A stretch of 58,792 bases of DNA from an uncultured Clostridia bacterium (GTDB lineage: Bacteria > Bacillota > Clostridia > Christensenellales > Borkfalkiaceae). Positions within the stretch are counted from its first letter, which is position 1. Every line of letters begins with the position of its first letter. The DNA lies in contig CAYXXB010000001.1 in NCBI GenBank assembly GCA_964468955.1, positions 1 to 58,792 on the forward strand. Direction: 5' to 3'. A program made the translations under genes and the position numbers. Shown piece by piece: positions 18,580 to 30,900 of this stretch. Under the pieces are notes generated by a model that was not told the origin of the DNA, searched no databases, and saw only the letters and a list, made by a program, of their open reading frames with translations.

Positions 18580-19362
18580 TTAATTAGCTTTGGCTGTAAT
18601 GCTCAATGCTATTTTATTTATAGTAAAGCAAAATCCTGCTTCGCTATCTTCTTTATTATTCACGACCGTTGTATTATCAGCCCTGTGAATAACCGTAGTG
18701 CGTTCAGCCACATTGTAATATCTTAAGAAGAACGCCTTAATAGGAGCAACGCCGAAATTGAAAGACTGCATTGAAGGAGCGTCTTCCTTAACCTTGAGAG
18801 TAAATTCAAAGGTTATTTTATTCGTAGCCGCCGTATTACTATTTCTAACATTTCTATTACTTAAGCTTACGAGCATACCGTTGCCGATAACGGGATTCCA
18901 AGTACTCGTATCCATAAAATACTCAGTATCAACGGAGTGCGAAACGTATTCAAAATAATTTGTAACCGTAGTATCGATAATATTATCGCCGTCTAATGCG
19001 GTAAAAAGTAAAGATACAGAGTGCCAATTGTAATCGGTTAAATTAGACGATATTTCAAGGGTAACGGTAAAAGTATCACCTGCGGTAAGATCGTTCTTGT
19101 CCACCGACACTTTTACGCCCGAAGGGGTTGAAAAAGGATACTCTTCTTTATCGCCGGTGTTGTCCTTGTCTCCGGTATTGTCTTTATCACCGGTATTGTC
19201 TTTATCGCCGGTGTTACCACTATTGTCGGTTATACCGCTATCAGGGGTATTATCTGCAGGCTTCTTATTACAAGCAGGGAAAATAAATGCTATACTTAAT
19301 GCTATTACGCAAACTAAAACAAAGTGTAAAAATAAAGAAGTTAAATGTTTTGCCTTTTTCAT
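18580..19362 (-). CDS. 260-aa putative lipoprotein carrying one cohesin-like domain (locus protein C)
   Basis: Signal peptide with the lipobox-like 'IFPAC', a (GDKDNT)x4 linker, then a domain paralogous to the N-termini of B and D. It ends 53 nt upstream of gene B. Confidence 0.7.
   Translation of the reverse strand: MKKAKHLTSLFLHFVLVCVIALSIAFIFPACNKKPADNTPDSGITDNSGNTGDKDNTGDKDNTGDKDNTGDKEEYPFSTPSGVKVSVDKNDLTAGDTFTVTLEISSNLTDYNWHSVSLLFTALDGDNIIDTTVTNYFEYVSHSVDTEYFMDTSTWNPVIGNGMLVSLSNRNVRNSNTAATNKITFEFTLKVKEDAPSMQSFNFGVAPIKAFFLRYYNVAERTTVIHRADNTTVVNNKEDSEAGFCFTINKIALSITAKAN
18583..19128 (-). other. cohesin-like domain of protein C (approximate bounds)
   Basis: 'VKVSVDKNDLTAGDTFTVTLE...WHSVSLLF...NYFEY...ITFEFTLKVKEDAPSMQSFNFGVAPI...VNNKEDSEAGFCFTIN'. 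Confidence 0.45.
19150..19221 (-). repeat. 4 x 18-nt in-frame tandem repeat encoding GDKDNT
   Basis: Units atcgccggtgttgtcctt / gtctccggtattgtcttt / atcaccggtattgtcttt / atcgccggtgttaccact. Confidence 0.85.
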
Positions 19363-19515
19363 AATCAGATGATACCCTTTTTATTATCTCTCTTTTAAAA
19401 AATTTGGTTTAACATGCTCAGTTGCCCTGCCCTATTCCGTTTTCGGAACAGGGCAAAGCAAACTTGAAGCTTTTTTTTAATATTAGTTATATCTATTATA
19501 TTAATGCTTTACGAA

Positions 19516-21768
19516 TTAGAACGTACCGTAATAATCGTCGTGAATATTCTTTAAGCGGTTTGCATGTTCAGCAACTTCGGTGATGTCCGCCGCACTGACG
19601 TAGCCTGCGTTGGATATCAATGCCGCCAAGAAGAATTCTTCATCATCTAACATAGTGGTATTAGTTGCGCCTACGTGAGCAACGATTATGTTAATATCGT
19701 CGCCGTCGATATAACCGTCGCCGGTAACGTCGCCGAGCATAGAAACATAAATTACGTCTTCAACGTTTCCGCTCACCATAAGCTCTACTCTCCAACCCGT
19801 AGTAACATAGGTTTCGTAGTCGGGCTCGCTTAACATATCTTCGTCAAAGTCTGCGCCGGGATTACCGCAATCATAAACCAATTCGTCATCGTAGTTGTAT
19901 ATACGAAGCCTTGAACGCTGAGCGCTATCAAAGTTGGCAAGGAAATCGTTAACTACAGTTTGTTCTGAAACTTTGCCTATTACAACTTTAGCAAAATTAA
20001 CGTCGTCAATACCGTGAGTCAAGCTGTTCATCTTGTAAGATGCTATACGCTGGTATGTGAAGTTTGCGGTTACTTCTTCAGATCTATATACAAAATCTGC
20101 AGTTGCGTCGGAAGCTAATTTAATTACTTCCTGATTCTTTAAAATCATTGTATACGTTTCGGAATTGCCCGCTTCTGCTAAAACGGTAATTGTATAAGCA
20201 GGGTTGGAAGTCGTATTTGCATTAAGAGCCTTTGAAACGGTCTTCTTATTGGTTGTACCCGTAAGGCTTATGGTTGCTTCCGCAGAAGTAGCAGTAACAG
20301 TTACGTTAGCGGGAGTTGTCTGACCAACTATCATATAGTAGTAATCAACGCTGTTTTCCGTAGCTCTTAACTCACTGTTAGTGAAAGTATTGTTAGTACC
20401 TGCAACGGTTACAGTGTCGAGCGAAGTATCAACGTCCACTACGTCGAACGTAAGCGTGTAAGTCTTTGTTACGTAGCCGTCTACGTCTTTACACTTAATC
20501 TGAAGCGTATCGTTATCTGCAATCGCGTCCTTAATGTCCGTCAAAGAGAACATCGTGCCGCTGGTCGCAGACGTAGCCGACGTAAATGAACCGGACTTTA
20601 CAAGATCTACCTGAGAATCGCCGCCTTTGCTGTAATTAACCGTAGGGGTTATATCAATCTGAGTGCTGTCGTTGGGAACGTAAACGGTATACGCCTCTAT
20701 TGCGGGGTCAAATACACCGCTTGTAGCCGTCAAGTCCAAGTTGTTCTTGGTTAAGCCCGTCTTTGCCGTATTATTTGCAACAACAAGATTGCTAAGAGCC
20801 GCACCTTTGACAGTAATAGTTAATTCATAAGTTTTCTTATCGCCGTTTTCCGCAGTAACTTCGATTGTTACCTTGCCGTTGGCGGGAATATCTACTTTGC
20901 CGATTTCGCCGCTCTTAACGTCAACGTCACCGGGAAGAAGCTTAACGGTTGCGCCCGCGTCGTGTGTTATAGGCAAAACGCTTAAAGGCAAGCTGGGGTC
21001 TGTTACCGTAATAGCAGGCATACCTGTTTCGGTAATAGTCGTGATTGTTTGAAGCTTGGAAGCGTCGTCGCCCTGACCCACCTTTAAAGGCGTATCAAGA
21101 TTATTGTCATTGCTTGCATTTTTTACAAGAATGTCAACGTCCTGAACCGTTACCTTAGCAGAGTTGTCAAACTTGTAGCTATTTGATGTTGAATCAATAT
21201 TTACATAGTTAGCCGCCATTAACTGCGCGCCAAATTTGTACGAAGTATCTATAGGCGTATTTGCATCAACGGTTACGTCCAAACTCATTTCGAGAGCGTT
21301 TGCAGCTAAAGGTCTATATTGGTTACCGCTACGCTTACTCAATGAATACTTATACATACCCTTCTGACCTAGTTCGGAAGGAATAGCGCCTGCAGGACCC
21401 GAAGTATCTTGCATTGTATACGTATTTCCGACATTCGCCGATGTAGGTGCGTTTGTCGTATAGTTACTGAACGTAAACAAAGATTGATTTGCCGAATCGA
21501 AAGTTGTTTCATTTGAGAGCAAGCCTAAGAAGATTGAAACCGAGTGATAAACACCGGTTTCGCCGGTAACTTCTATTTTCATAGTGAGCTTAAACGTACC
21601 GCCGGGGTATACCGAAGCCTTATCCGTTGTAAAAGTTACGGTCATCGGTGTTGCAGCAGCGTCCGCAACATCGTTGTGTTTGACGAATAATAACCCGCTG
21701 AACAGTGCAAGCACCATTGAAAGAGCGAGTATTACCGCCATAACTGTCTTGTTTATTATCCTTTTCAT
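19516..21768 (-). CDS. 750-aa secreted protein with a cohesin-like N-terminal domain, beta-sandwich repeats and a dockerin-like C-terminus (locus protein D)
   Basis: Strong RBS gaggaggt and signal peptide 'AVILALSMVLALFSGLLF'. The N-terminal domain is paralogous to B and C. The C-terminal segment of about 157 aa is clearly homologous to the C-terminus of the 7,517-aa protein. Confidence 0.75.
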   Translation of the reverse strand: MKRIINKTVMAVILALSMVLALFSGLLFVKHNDVADAAATPMTVTFTTDKASVYPGGTFKLTMKIEVTGETGVYHSVSIFLGLLSNETTFDSANQSLFTFSNYTTNAPTSANVGNTYTMQDTSGPAGAIPSELGQKGMYKYSLSKRSGNQYRPLAANALEMSLDVTVDANTPIDTSYKFGAQLMAANYVNIDSTSNSYKFDNSAKVTVQDVDILVKNASNDNNLDTPLKVGQGDDASKLQTITTITETGMPAITVTDPSLPLSVLPITHDAGATVKLLPGDVDVKSGEIGKVDIPANGKVTIEVTAENGDKKTYELTITVKGAALSNLVVANNTAKTGLTKNNLDLTATSGVFDPAIEAYTVYVPNDSTQIDITPTVNYSKGGDSQVDLVKSGSFTSATSATSGTMFSLTDIKDAIADNDTLQIKCKDVDGYVTKTYTLTFDVVDVDTSLDTVTVAGTNNTFTNSELRATENSVDYYYMIVGQTTPANVTVTATSAEATISLTGTTNKKTVSKALNANTTSNPAYTITVLAEAGNSETYTMILKNQEVIKLASDATADFVYRSEEVTANFTYQRIASYKMNSLTHGIDDVNFAKVVIGKVSEQTVVNDFLANFDSAQRSRLRIYNYDDELVYDCGNPGADFDEDMLSEPDYETYVTTGWRVELMVSGNVEDVIYVSMLGDVTGDGYIDGDDINIIVAHVGATNTTMLDDEEFFLAALISNAGYVSAADITEVAEHANRLKNIHDDYYGTF
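19519..19737 (-). other. dockerin-like C-terminal segment of protein D
   Basis: 'GDVTGDGYIDGDDINII' fits the dockerin Ca-binding loop pattern D-x-(N/T)-x-D-G-x-(I/V)-x-x-x-D. The second half, 'ISNAGYVSAADITEV', is degenerate. Confidence 0.5.
21124..21657 (-). other. cohesin-like N-terminal domain of protein D (approximate bounds)
   Basis: 'MTVTFTTDKASVYPGGTFKLTMKIE...YHSVSIFLG...LFTFSNY...YKFGAQLMAANYV'. Confidence 0.4.
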
Positions 21769-21935
21769 AAGTACCTCCTCAAAAGAACTTATTTATTTGA
21801 TATTAATTTGGTTTTTTCGACGAAGCTTGTCGAATTTTCGCACATATTATACACCTGACATTGCATCTTGTCAAGAATAATTCAGACAAGAATGCAATGC
21901 TTCGGGTGTATTTTGTTTGTTTTAACTACTTCTGT

Positions 21936-24900
21936 TTAAACTAAGAAGTCTTCAACGTTTGAATATCCGTTACCGATTGAGCCAACTTCGCTTAAATCGG
22001 ACGCAGAAACGTAACCGGAGTTGGTAATCAATGCCGCCAACAGGAATTCCAAATCTTCCAAAGAGGAAGTATTTGAAGCAGCTACGTAGTTGGTAATTAC
22101 ACTCATATCGTCGCCGTCACAATAACCTTCACCTGTAACGTCCCCGAGAACTGAGAGATATACAACGTCTGCAGCCGATTCGTCCTTGCCGTACGTTACT
22201 TTCCAGCCTGTGCCGATCAAATAACTCTCATCGCTGCGCAGGTCTGAATCGTCAATTCCTATGTCCTTACCGCAATCGTATACCAATTCGCCGTCGTAAT
22301 TGTAAAGACGAATACTATCCAACTGAGCGGGATTAATGTTGTCAAGGAATTCACCGGCAAATGTTCCGGGCAAGATGTTGCCGAGAACTACTCTTTCAAA
22401 ATCAGTGTCGTCCTTGCCGTGTACCCAACCCTTTTCGTCATACGAAACACGATACATAAACATGAAACCGTACATTTCATTCGTATCAAGATGTAAGAAC
22501 TTAAAGGTTGAATCTTCAGTAAGCTGAAGTGCGGCATCGCCTGAGATTGTAAGCGTTGCGTTTGCCTCGGTATTAAGCTTGAATTCAGCTTCGTAGTTGG
22601 GGTTACCGCTAAGCTTACCCGTTACGTTGGTCAAATCAGCGGATAAACCATAAGTGCCGCGTGCGCCTACCGAGCTGACGGTGCTGCCGTCGCTAAGCTT
22701 GAACAGAGGATTAATCTTCAAGTTGTTGCTTGTGAAGATATCTTCCAAGCTGCTGCCTATATCGTCGCCGATCAAGCCGGATACGATAGAAAGCGTGTAC
22801 CAATCGGTAAGCTTAACCGCTTCGCCAGTATATTCCGCCGTCTGATTCATCGGGGTAACTAATACTTGGACCTTTTTAGGCGTAATCTTGAACTTGAACG
22901 ACTGCATATCGTCTGCAGACAGCTTATAGTCGGAGCTTGCCGAACCGCCAAGGCTGATGTACGTATCGTACTCGTCTACATTTACAGGAGTCACACCGCC
23001 GTCGAATATGTACGATATAGACAAGTTGCCAGTGTCGCTAGCGAAGACGTCGGGAATAAACGAAGGCTCTTGCGCTTCACCGTTGTATTCTACACTCGTC
23101 ACCTTACTGCTGAACGTCAACTCTTTCTTATCGATGTAGTAATCGGTAATAAGAGGTTCAGGCGTGCTGACATCCATTTTTCTTATCGAATTTCTTGTCG
23201 TAACCACAGAACCTGCGGTGTTCAACGTGTAGTTCGTATTACCGCTTATGCCTGTAGCCTGTGCCTGATAAGGTTTGTTGCTTGCATGAACGCAGCTGCC
23301 CGTATCCTCGCCGACGCCTTCAACCGTTACGTTAACAACTTCGCCTTTGAGTCCGACCGCCGTTGCCGTAGGTACGTTTACAGTGCCGGTGTACGTCAAG
23401 TGCAGGTCACCCCAATGGATGTTGACTGCGTAAGGCTTGATTTCGAACGTCGTTGTGATGTTCGTGCCTCCGTCAACCGTATAGTTGGAGTTGCTTACCG
23501 CTACTGCTTCCGCCGTAAGGTTCTCGCCTGCGTCAATCTGACCGTCTACGGTTACGTGTACAACGTCATTCTTAACCCTGTTAGTAACCGTTGCTTCGGG
23601 AGCCTGTTTTTCACCGTTGTAGATCAATTCACCGATCGTCCAACTGAGAATGACTTTACGGGGATTGATTACAAACGTCGTAGTCGCTGTGGTCGAACCT
23701 TCTAACGTGTAGTTCTCATTATTGAGAGCGGTTATAGTCGCCGTAGCTTCTTCGCTTGCGTATATCGAGCCCTCGTACTCCAAAGTGATATCGCCGTCGT
23801 TTATGTCGGGGTCAAATACCAGATTTGTAAACCCAACGACATCAGGATGCTGCTCTTCGCCGTTGTATTCGAACTCCGTATCGGTATCCCATACAAAGCC
23901 AAGTACGCGAGGCACTATCGTTATAGGAATACTCTTATCCGTTTCTCTGAAATCGTCGGTAGCATCAACGTGTAAATTGACGTAAACTATGCCGACCTTC
24001 ATTGCTTTGAATGCTGCGAGGCCGCTAACCAGCGCTTCACCCGTATTCTTTGCAACCTTATTAAGATCAAGCTCAACAAAATAGTCGAAATCGCCAAGAG
24101 CGTAACTATTATCGGTTACTATCGGGTTGAGGGATACTTCATCACCGAAGGTTACCGTCGTAACCTGAAGTTCGATAGGAGCTTCGGGCTTATCGACAAG
24201 AATATCACATTCAGCCTGACCGCCTTCGTAGTTATCGGTGGGCATTACGGTTACGGAAACGTGTACGTAACCGAGCTGCGTACCGGTAATCATACCTGTC
24301 ATTACGTCGTCGAAAGCAGCTACGCCAAGGTTATCCAACAATGCCGTATCTGTAACTTCGCCCATTGCAAACAACGTCTGACCGAATTCCATATTGCCGG
24401 CAATTTCCAGCTTGGTTGAAACGCCTATCGTGATTACCTTAGTTACGAAGGAAAGTGAAAGCTTAGCTCTGTTAATTACGAACTGAGGAGCTTTGATTAC
24501 CTTTCCGCCAAGCGAGTAGTTCTTGTTGGAAAGACATTCGTCATCGGCATAAGCCGTACCTTCTTTGTAAGTTCCGACGTTGAGCTGAGCGCCCTTTACG
24601 TTTATGGTACATTCGTCCGTTACGCCTTCGCTGTTCGTAACCAAACCGGTTCTTACGGTTGCCGTAGGCGCAAACATGTTTTTACCGTCATACGTGAACT
24701 CGAAGTTATGCCATACCAAATCTACTACTATAGGAGTTATGGTAACTTCAAATTCTGCTACCGTCTTCGCGTAATTTTCCGTTTCCATTATGGTCGCAGT
24801 AATAATTACCTTACCTGCTCCGTCGGGCATCAGCACGGTGTTGTCACTGATAAGGTGACACGAACCGTCCATATCGGTCTTATCGAAGTATACTTTTTGG

Positions 24901-27900
24901 TTTTCAACATTGCCTTCGACATCGAGAACAAGTCCCTTCTTGTCGCCGTATTGAATTGTGTTGTTCTTCAAGGTAAGCGTAAGCTTGCTCTTGTCGATTA
25001 TTATAAGCTTTGTCTTGGTATCGCCGAAGTAGTTCTGAGATTCTGCTACCGAAACGGTTACGTTTACGGAACCCTTATTCAAAGCAACGATAACGTCGGT
25101 AGTACCTTCTTTTATCTTCGCGTTGCCGGATTCGTCAACGGTTACTGTTACGGGCGCATCGCCTTCGTTGCCGGTGATAACCAACTTGACTTCGTCGTCA
25201 ACGTTGATACGATCGGTTACGATTTCGATTTTTATCGCCTTCTTGGCAATATCGAACATATGACCTGAAGCCGATATGCTGCCTTCGAACGTGTAGTCGG
25301 GGTTGGAAAGGCTTATTACGTGGGCATTTGTATAATGTCCTGCGTTTGTGCCGCCTCCGCCGACGGTAACTTCACACTCGTCGTCGTTAATAAGGTTTGC
25401 AACCTTTGCTTCGGGCTTCTTTTCCGTGCCATCGTATTCGAATTCGTGGTGCTGCCATTCGATTTCAACCACTCTGGGTTTGATGTGAACCTGAGCGGAT
25501 ACCGTTGCGGATTTGTAATTATCCGTTGCCGCTACCTGTACGATTACGGTAACGTAAGCCGCGTGTTTAGGCGTGAGCTTGTTGCCTACGATTACTGCGT
25601 AGTCGTTATCCGAAGCAGCGGGTGCGAACGATACCAAGCCGGGATCGTCGTCGTTGCCGCTTATTTCGAGAACAAGATCTTCACCGTATACGCCTTCTAA
25701 CGTCAACAGCTCTACGTTTCTTTCAGCTTTTACGACTTCTATTTCGAGTACGCCGTTGAAAGGATTGCAGTTAGTAGTTCCGTTAATCTTAACCTTAATC
25801 TTAACAGAACCGACTCTGGTCGCAGTAAACGTCCACTTTCCGTTATCATTGTTAACAACACCGTTACCGACGCTGTTAGAGCTATCTACCTGCAAATCAT
25901 AAGGAGCGCCGTCTATATTGCCGCCAAGCGTAAGAACTTCGGTCTTGCCGTATTCTATGCTTGCAGGTGTAAGCGTGGGCTTGAGATCTGCGGGAACAAT
26001 CTGGAACGTGGTTTCGTAGGTCTGGTCCAATTCGTAGTTATTATTGTCTACGCCTGTTGCTTTAACCGTATAGGTGCCTACGTTCTTATGAGGTCCTTCA
26101 ACCTCGAGAATGACGTTACATTCAGCCGTTTCGCCATCGACAAGCTCTACGATAGCTTCGGGAGTCTGGTCTTCGCCGTTATAAGGTAATGTCAAATCGC
26201 CCCATTCCAAGCTAAGAACGTAAGGATTAATGTGGAAATCCTTTTCCTTGTTCGTAGTTCTGTCCAAAGTATAGTTCTTGCTGTCAACACCGGTAAGACC
26301 TGTAACTTTTGCGGTATGGTCGCCGACGTTCTTGCCACCCGAAACAACTAATTCAACCTTATCGTTGCCGACAATGTTCGTTATTTCAACTTCGGGATGC
26401 TGGTCTTTAGCATTATAGGTAAACGTGCCGTCCTTCCAGCCAAGCGTTATGATGCGAGGCGTAATGGTAATTTCAACCGTTACGGCATTGTTACCCTTTG
26501 CCGCGTCGAAGTAGTCTGTTTCTTCCGTTTCCATCTTGACGTATACGGTACCAGCAGACTTGGGCTTGAGTACGTTGCCGTCTACGATTTCCGCAACGTT
26601 TGCGTATCTGGATACTACGGTGAACGTAACGTTACCGAACATCAGGTCACCATTTCCGTCGCGGAGAGCGCCGCCGTTGTCGTCCACAGTAAGCGTAAGC
26701 GTAGAGCCGTACATTACCGTGTTCCTTTCAAGCTTAAGAGGAGGCTGACCCTTGACGACGTTGATATCGCCTTCCACGTAAGCGGCGTTCGTATTGGAGG
26801 TTGCCGCTACGTCTACGCGTATTCTGACGGTACCGAGCATCTTGCCGTAAAGACTATCGCCGTTAAGTTCGCCGTAATCGCCGCCGGAAACAATCGTGTA
26901 AGTCATGTCGCCGTTGCCGATGTTGCCTTCTACTTCAATCTTCTTGGTAGTACCTATCTGAACTTCAGTCGTCTTTAACGTAAGCGTAGGCGTGGAAATT
27001 ACGATCTTGAAATCAACCGTGAGATCTACTATACCAACCAACGAGTAGTTAGAGTTGGAAAGACCGGTGATTTCAGCCGTATAATCGCCGACGTTTGTCT
27101 GCCAGCCGCTTACGGTTACCTTACATTCGTCTGGATAAATTATACCGCTTGCCGTAGCGTTAGGTCCCTGACTATCGCCGTTGTACTCGTAAGTTCTGTC
27201 CGAATCCCACGTAATCATCGTTACGGGAAGGGGCTGAATTGCGTAATTGGTAGTAATGTTAGTACCGCCCTCGATTGTGTAGTTATCGTTATCAACAGCG
27301 GTAACTTTAGCTTCGAGGTTTTCACCTGCATCCGTAGAACCGTCTATAGCTGTGACGTTGCAAGGATATCCGTCAACAACGTTAGAAACGCTTGCCGTAG
27401 GAGTCTGTTTTGTTCTGTTGTACGTGAATTCGCCGTCTACCCATTCGATAACTACGGGAAGCTTCTTAACGGTTACTTCAACTTCATCGTCCGCTTCGTC
27501 ATAGTTAGCGGATGACGCAACGTGTACACTTACTTTAACAGTACCTGCACCGGTAGCTTTAAACGTAGTGCCATCGGTTATACTTCCCGAACCCGTACCG
27601 CCTGTTACAATTGCAAACGTCGGGTCGTTGCCGGAAGGATTCTCTACCAACGACAGAGTGATTTCGGAACCGAATGTAACTTCGTCGTCTACAAGCTCAA
27701 TAGTAATCTTGCCTTTTACGATTTCGAATTCACATTCAATCTGAGTTCTCTTTTCAGGGTCGGTTTCGTCATCGTCGAATACCAACGTGTAGTTGGGATT
27801 GCTGAGCGATATTGCGGTTGCGGTATGCGTACCTACGTCGACAGCCGCACCGTCAAGGTTCACTGTACATTCGTCGCCTTCAACAAGATTTGTTATCTCA

Positions 27901-30900
27901 ACAGTAGGAAGCTGTTCGGAACCTGTATAAGGAAGCTCGGTGTCAGACCAGCTAAGCTTAGCAAGGCGCTGATAAATGTTGAACCTAACCGTTTCGTTTG
28001 CCGCGCCTTCAACCGTGTAGTTGGAGTTGGAAAGCTCGGTAATTTCCGCAACGATGTTCATACCCGCGTCTTTTGCACCCTTAACGGTTGCCGTACAGGT
28101 ATCGCCATCTTCAAGGTCGCCGATAGTCGCAGTAGGCGCGTGGTCGTCACCGTCGTACGTAAATTCGGTATTGCTCCAGGTTATCGTAACAACCTTCTTG
28201 TTGATTACAAATTCCTGCGATATGTCAGTGCCGCCTTCAAGCGTGTACTTATTGGTAAGGTCGCCGAGAAGCTTTATGCCCGTAACCGTAGCCGTGTAAG
28301 TACCCGCATTAGTCTGAGCGGCGGAAAGCGTTAATTCCAGAACTTCGCCACCAACCTGATTGGTTACCGTAGCCGTCGGATTGTGAGGATTTTTGTCGTA
28401 ATCGAATACGAGATCATCCCACGAAACTTCTATAGGACGAGGCTTAATAGGAAGCGTGTACTTCTGTTCAGTTACGCCGTTGTAATTCTGAGTAGCAGCC
28501 ACAGAAACTATTACTTCAATCGAACCTACGTCGATAGGAGTCAACAGGTTGCCTGAACCGAGCGTTGCGGTTACACCGTCACCCTCGCCGAGCGAGTACG
28601 TAACGGTACCGTTGCCGGCATTGCCGTCAATCTGAAGTATAAACTGCGTGCCGTAAATTGCTTCGGTCTGCTTCAACGTTATCGTAGGCGTTGCCTTTAC
28701 GATATTGAACTGCGTCGTATGATATACATCAGGATCAAGCTGATAGTTATGGTTGCTGAGGCTTGAAGCCGTTGCCGTATAAGGATTATCTGCGGGGTTA
28801 ACATTAACCTGCTCGCCGGTTACTACAACTTCCGTAGTATCGTCTTCCTCCAAGCCGTCGGCTTTACCAAGCAATCCGACTGCGGTTGCTTTGGGTGCCT
28901 GCCTTTCGCCCGTGTAAACAAGATCTGTTTCGCCCCAAGTTACGGTAACCGACTTAGGAGTGATTGTGAACTTTTCGGTCAGGTTCTTACCGCCCTCCAA
29001 CGTGTAGTTGGGGTTGGAAAGTTCCGTAGCTCTTGCGGTGAGGTTAGTACCTGCGTTCTTGGTGCCGACAACCGTTACGGTACATTCGTCCATTTCTCCG
29101 TCTATGATAACTATGTTGAATACGCCTGCCGTAGGAGCCTGTTCCTTGCCGTTGTATACAAGATTGGTATTGCTCCAAGAAAGATCTACAGGCAAAGGCT
29201 TAATCGTCAGATTCGCTGAGTAATCTTCGTCAATTACGTAGTTAGCGTTATCGAATATTGCCTTAATCTTATAATCGCCTGCATTGATAGCGCCGCCTTC
29301 AACCTTGACGTATTCGCCGTCCTTTAACTGGTAAGCTTCGTAGCCGGTTACTCCGCACAAATCGGAACCGACCAAAGTACCGGTTATCGTCGCCGTAGGA
29401 TACTGAGCCGTACCGTTATAGATATAGCCGTTTGTATCGAACGTCCAATCAACCTTTACGGGAAGAGGCTTGATAACCACTTCGAGGTCAACCGAGGTTT
29501 GCTTGTAAGGGCTTGCCGCAGGATGCTCTACGTGAATCTTGATAGTGCCTGCAGCCTTGGGAAGAATGCACTTCTTGCCGTCGATTTCTACTAATTCCGC
29601 AATGGCATTGTACGAGCTATCGAGCGAGATAACTGTTGCCGTAGCCGTTGCGGGAATAGGATTAGGATCGTTCGGGTTCTTATACGAAAGCTTAATTTCG
29701 GTTGCGGGGTCGCCGTAAGTCAATTCCGAAGGACTGATTTCCAAAGGAATATCGGTTTCCGCAATGGTGAATACGCCCCATATCGTCTTAGGGTTATAAT
29801 TCTTATCGCCCTCAAATACTGCCTTGAAGGTCATCGTACCTGTCGTATAAGCCGTGTATTCGCCGGTGGTGCGGTCTAAATCATAGTTACCCCTTATCGT
29901 ATCGCTTTCTTTCGTGATCTTAACATTAGAGCCTGCGGGATTGCCCGTAACTTCGGGCTTGAAAGGCACGCCGACTGAAGCCGAATAGCTCGTGAACTTG
30001 AAGACATCTTCGGTGAGATCGGCTTTTACAATCTCGAACGTTGCGAAGTAATCGCTATCATTTTCAAGCTTGTAGTTGACGGGATCCGAAAGAACAAGAC
30101 CTACGTCATACTTGCCTACTTCAGACCATGTAGGAGCCTGCTTCTTGCTGTCCCAACCTAAGAAGCCCGCTTTGTAAACGGATACGGTACAATTGTCAGA
30201 ACTGTTCGTACCTTCTAATGTAGGAGCCGCAAGTGTCTGAGGCGAACCGGAATAAGGAGTTGTAAGCGATGTACCCCAATTGACAGTCAATACCTTAGGT
30301 ATAATCTCTATAACAGCTTCGATAGTGGTTGCTTCGTAATCGACAGACTCTTCAACTGTAGCTGTTACGTATACCTTACCTACGCCGGTTGCCGTGAATA
30401 ATCCGGACTCGCTCAAGCTTGCCTGACCGTCGCCCGTAAGGGACTTGGTATACTTAATTGCGCCTATTATATCGGTAGCGCTGAATTCACCTTCAAGCGT
30501 AAGCTGTACGCTGGTGCCGAAAGTTACTTCAGCAGGAACGATAGTAGCATATAATTTTCCTCTTACGACGGTGATTTCCGCAGTCGCTTCGGACTGCTTG
30601 TAATTCTTGCTTTCGCCAGCCGTTACCTTAATCTTAACTATAACAGGCGTATCGGGATCGTATTTCTTTGCAATCAATTCGCCGTTTTCGTTGAATGATG
30701 CGAACGACTTGCAGGAAGCGTCCACCTCGTAGGTGAGCTTGCCGTTTTCAAGGTTGCCCGATACTTCTATCTTTGTAGGATAGTTGTAAGCTGCGGTCGT
30801 CGTAGTGATTTCGAACTCAGGGCGTTCTGCCTTGAGGACGTGGAACTTATATTCCACTTCCGCACCCGTGCCGAGCTTATAGTTGGAGTTGGAAAGACCG

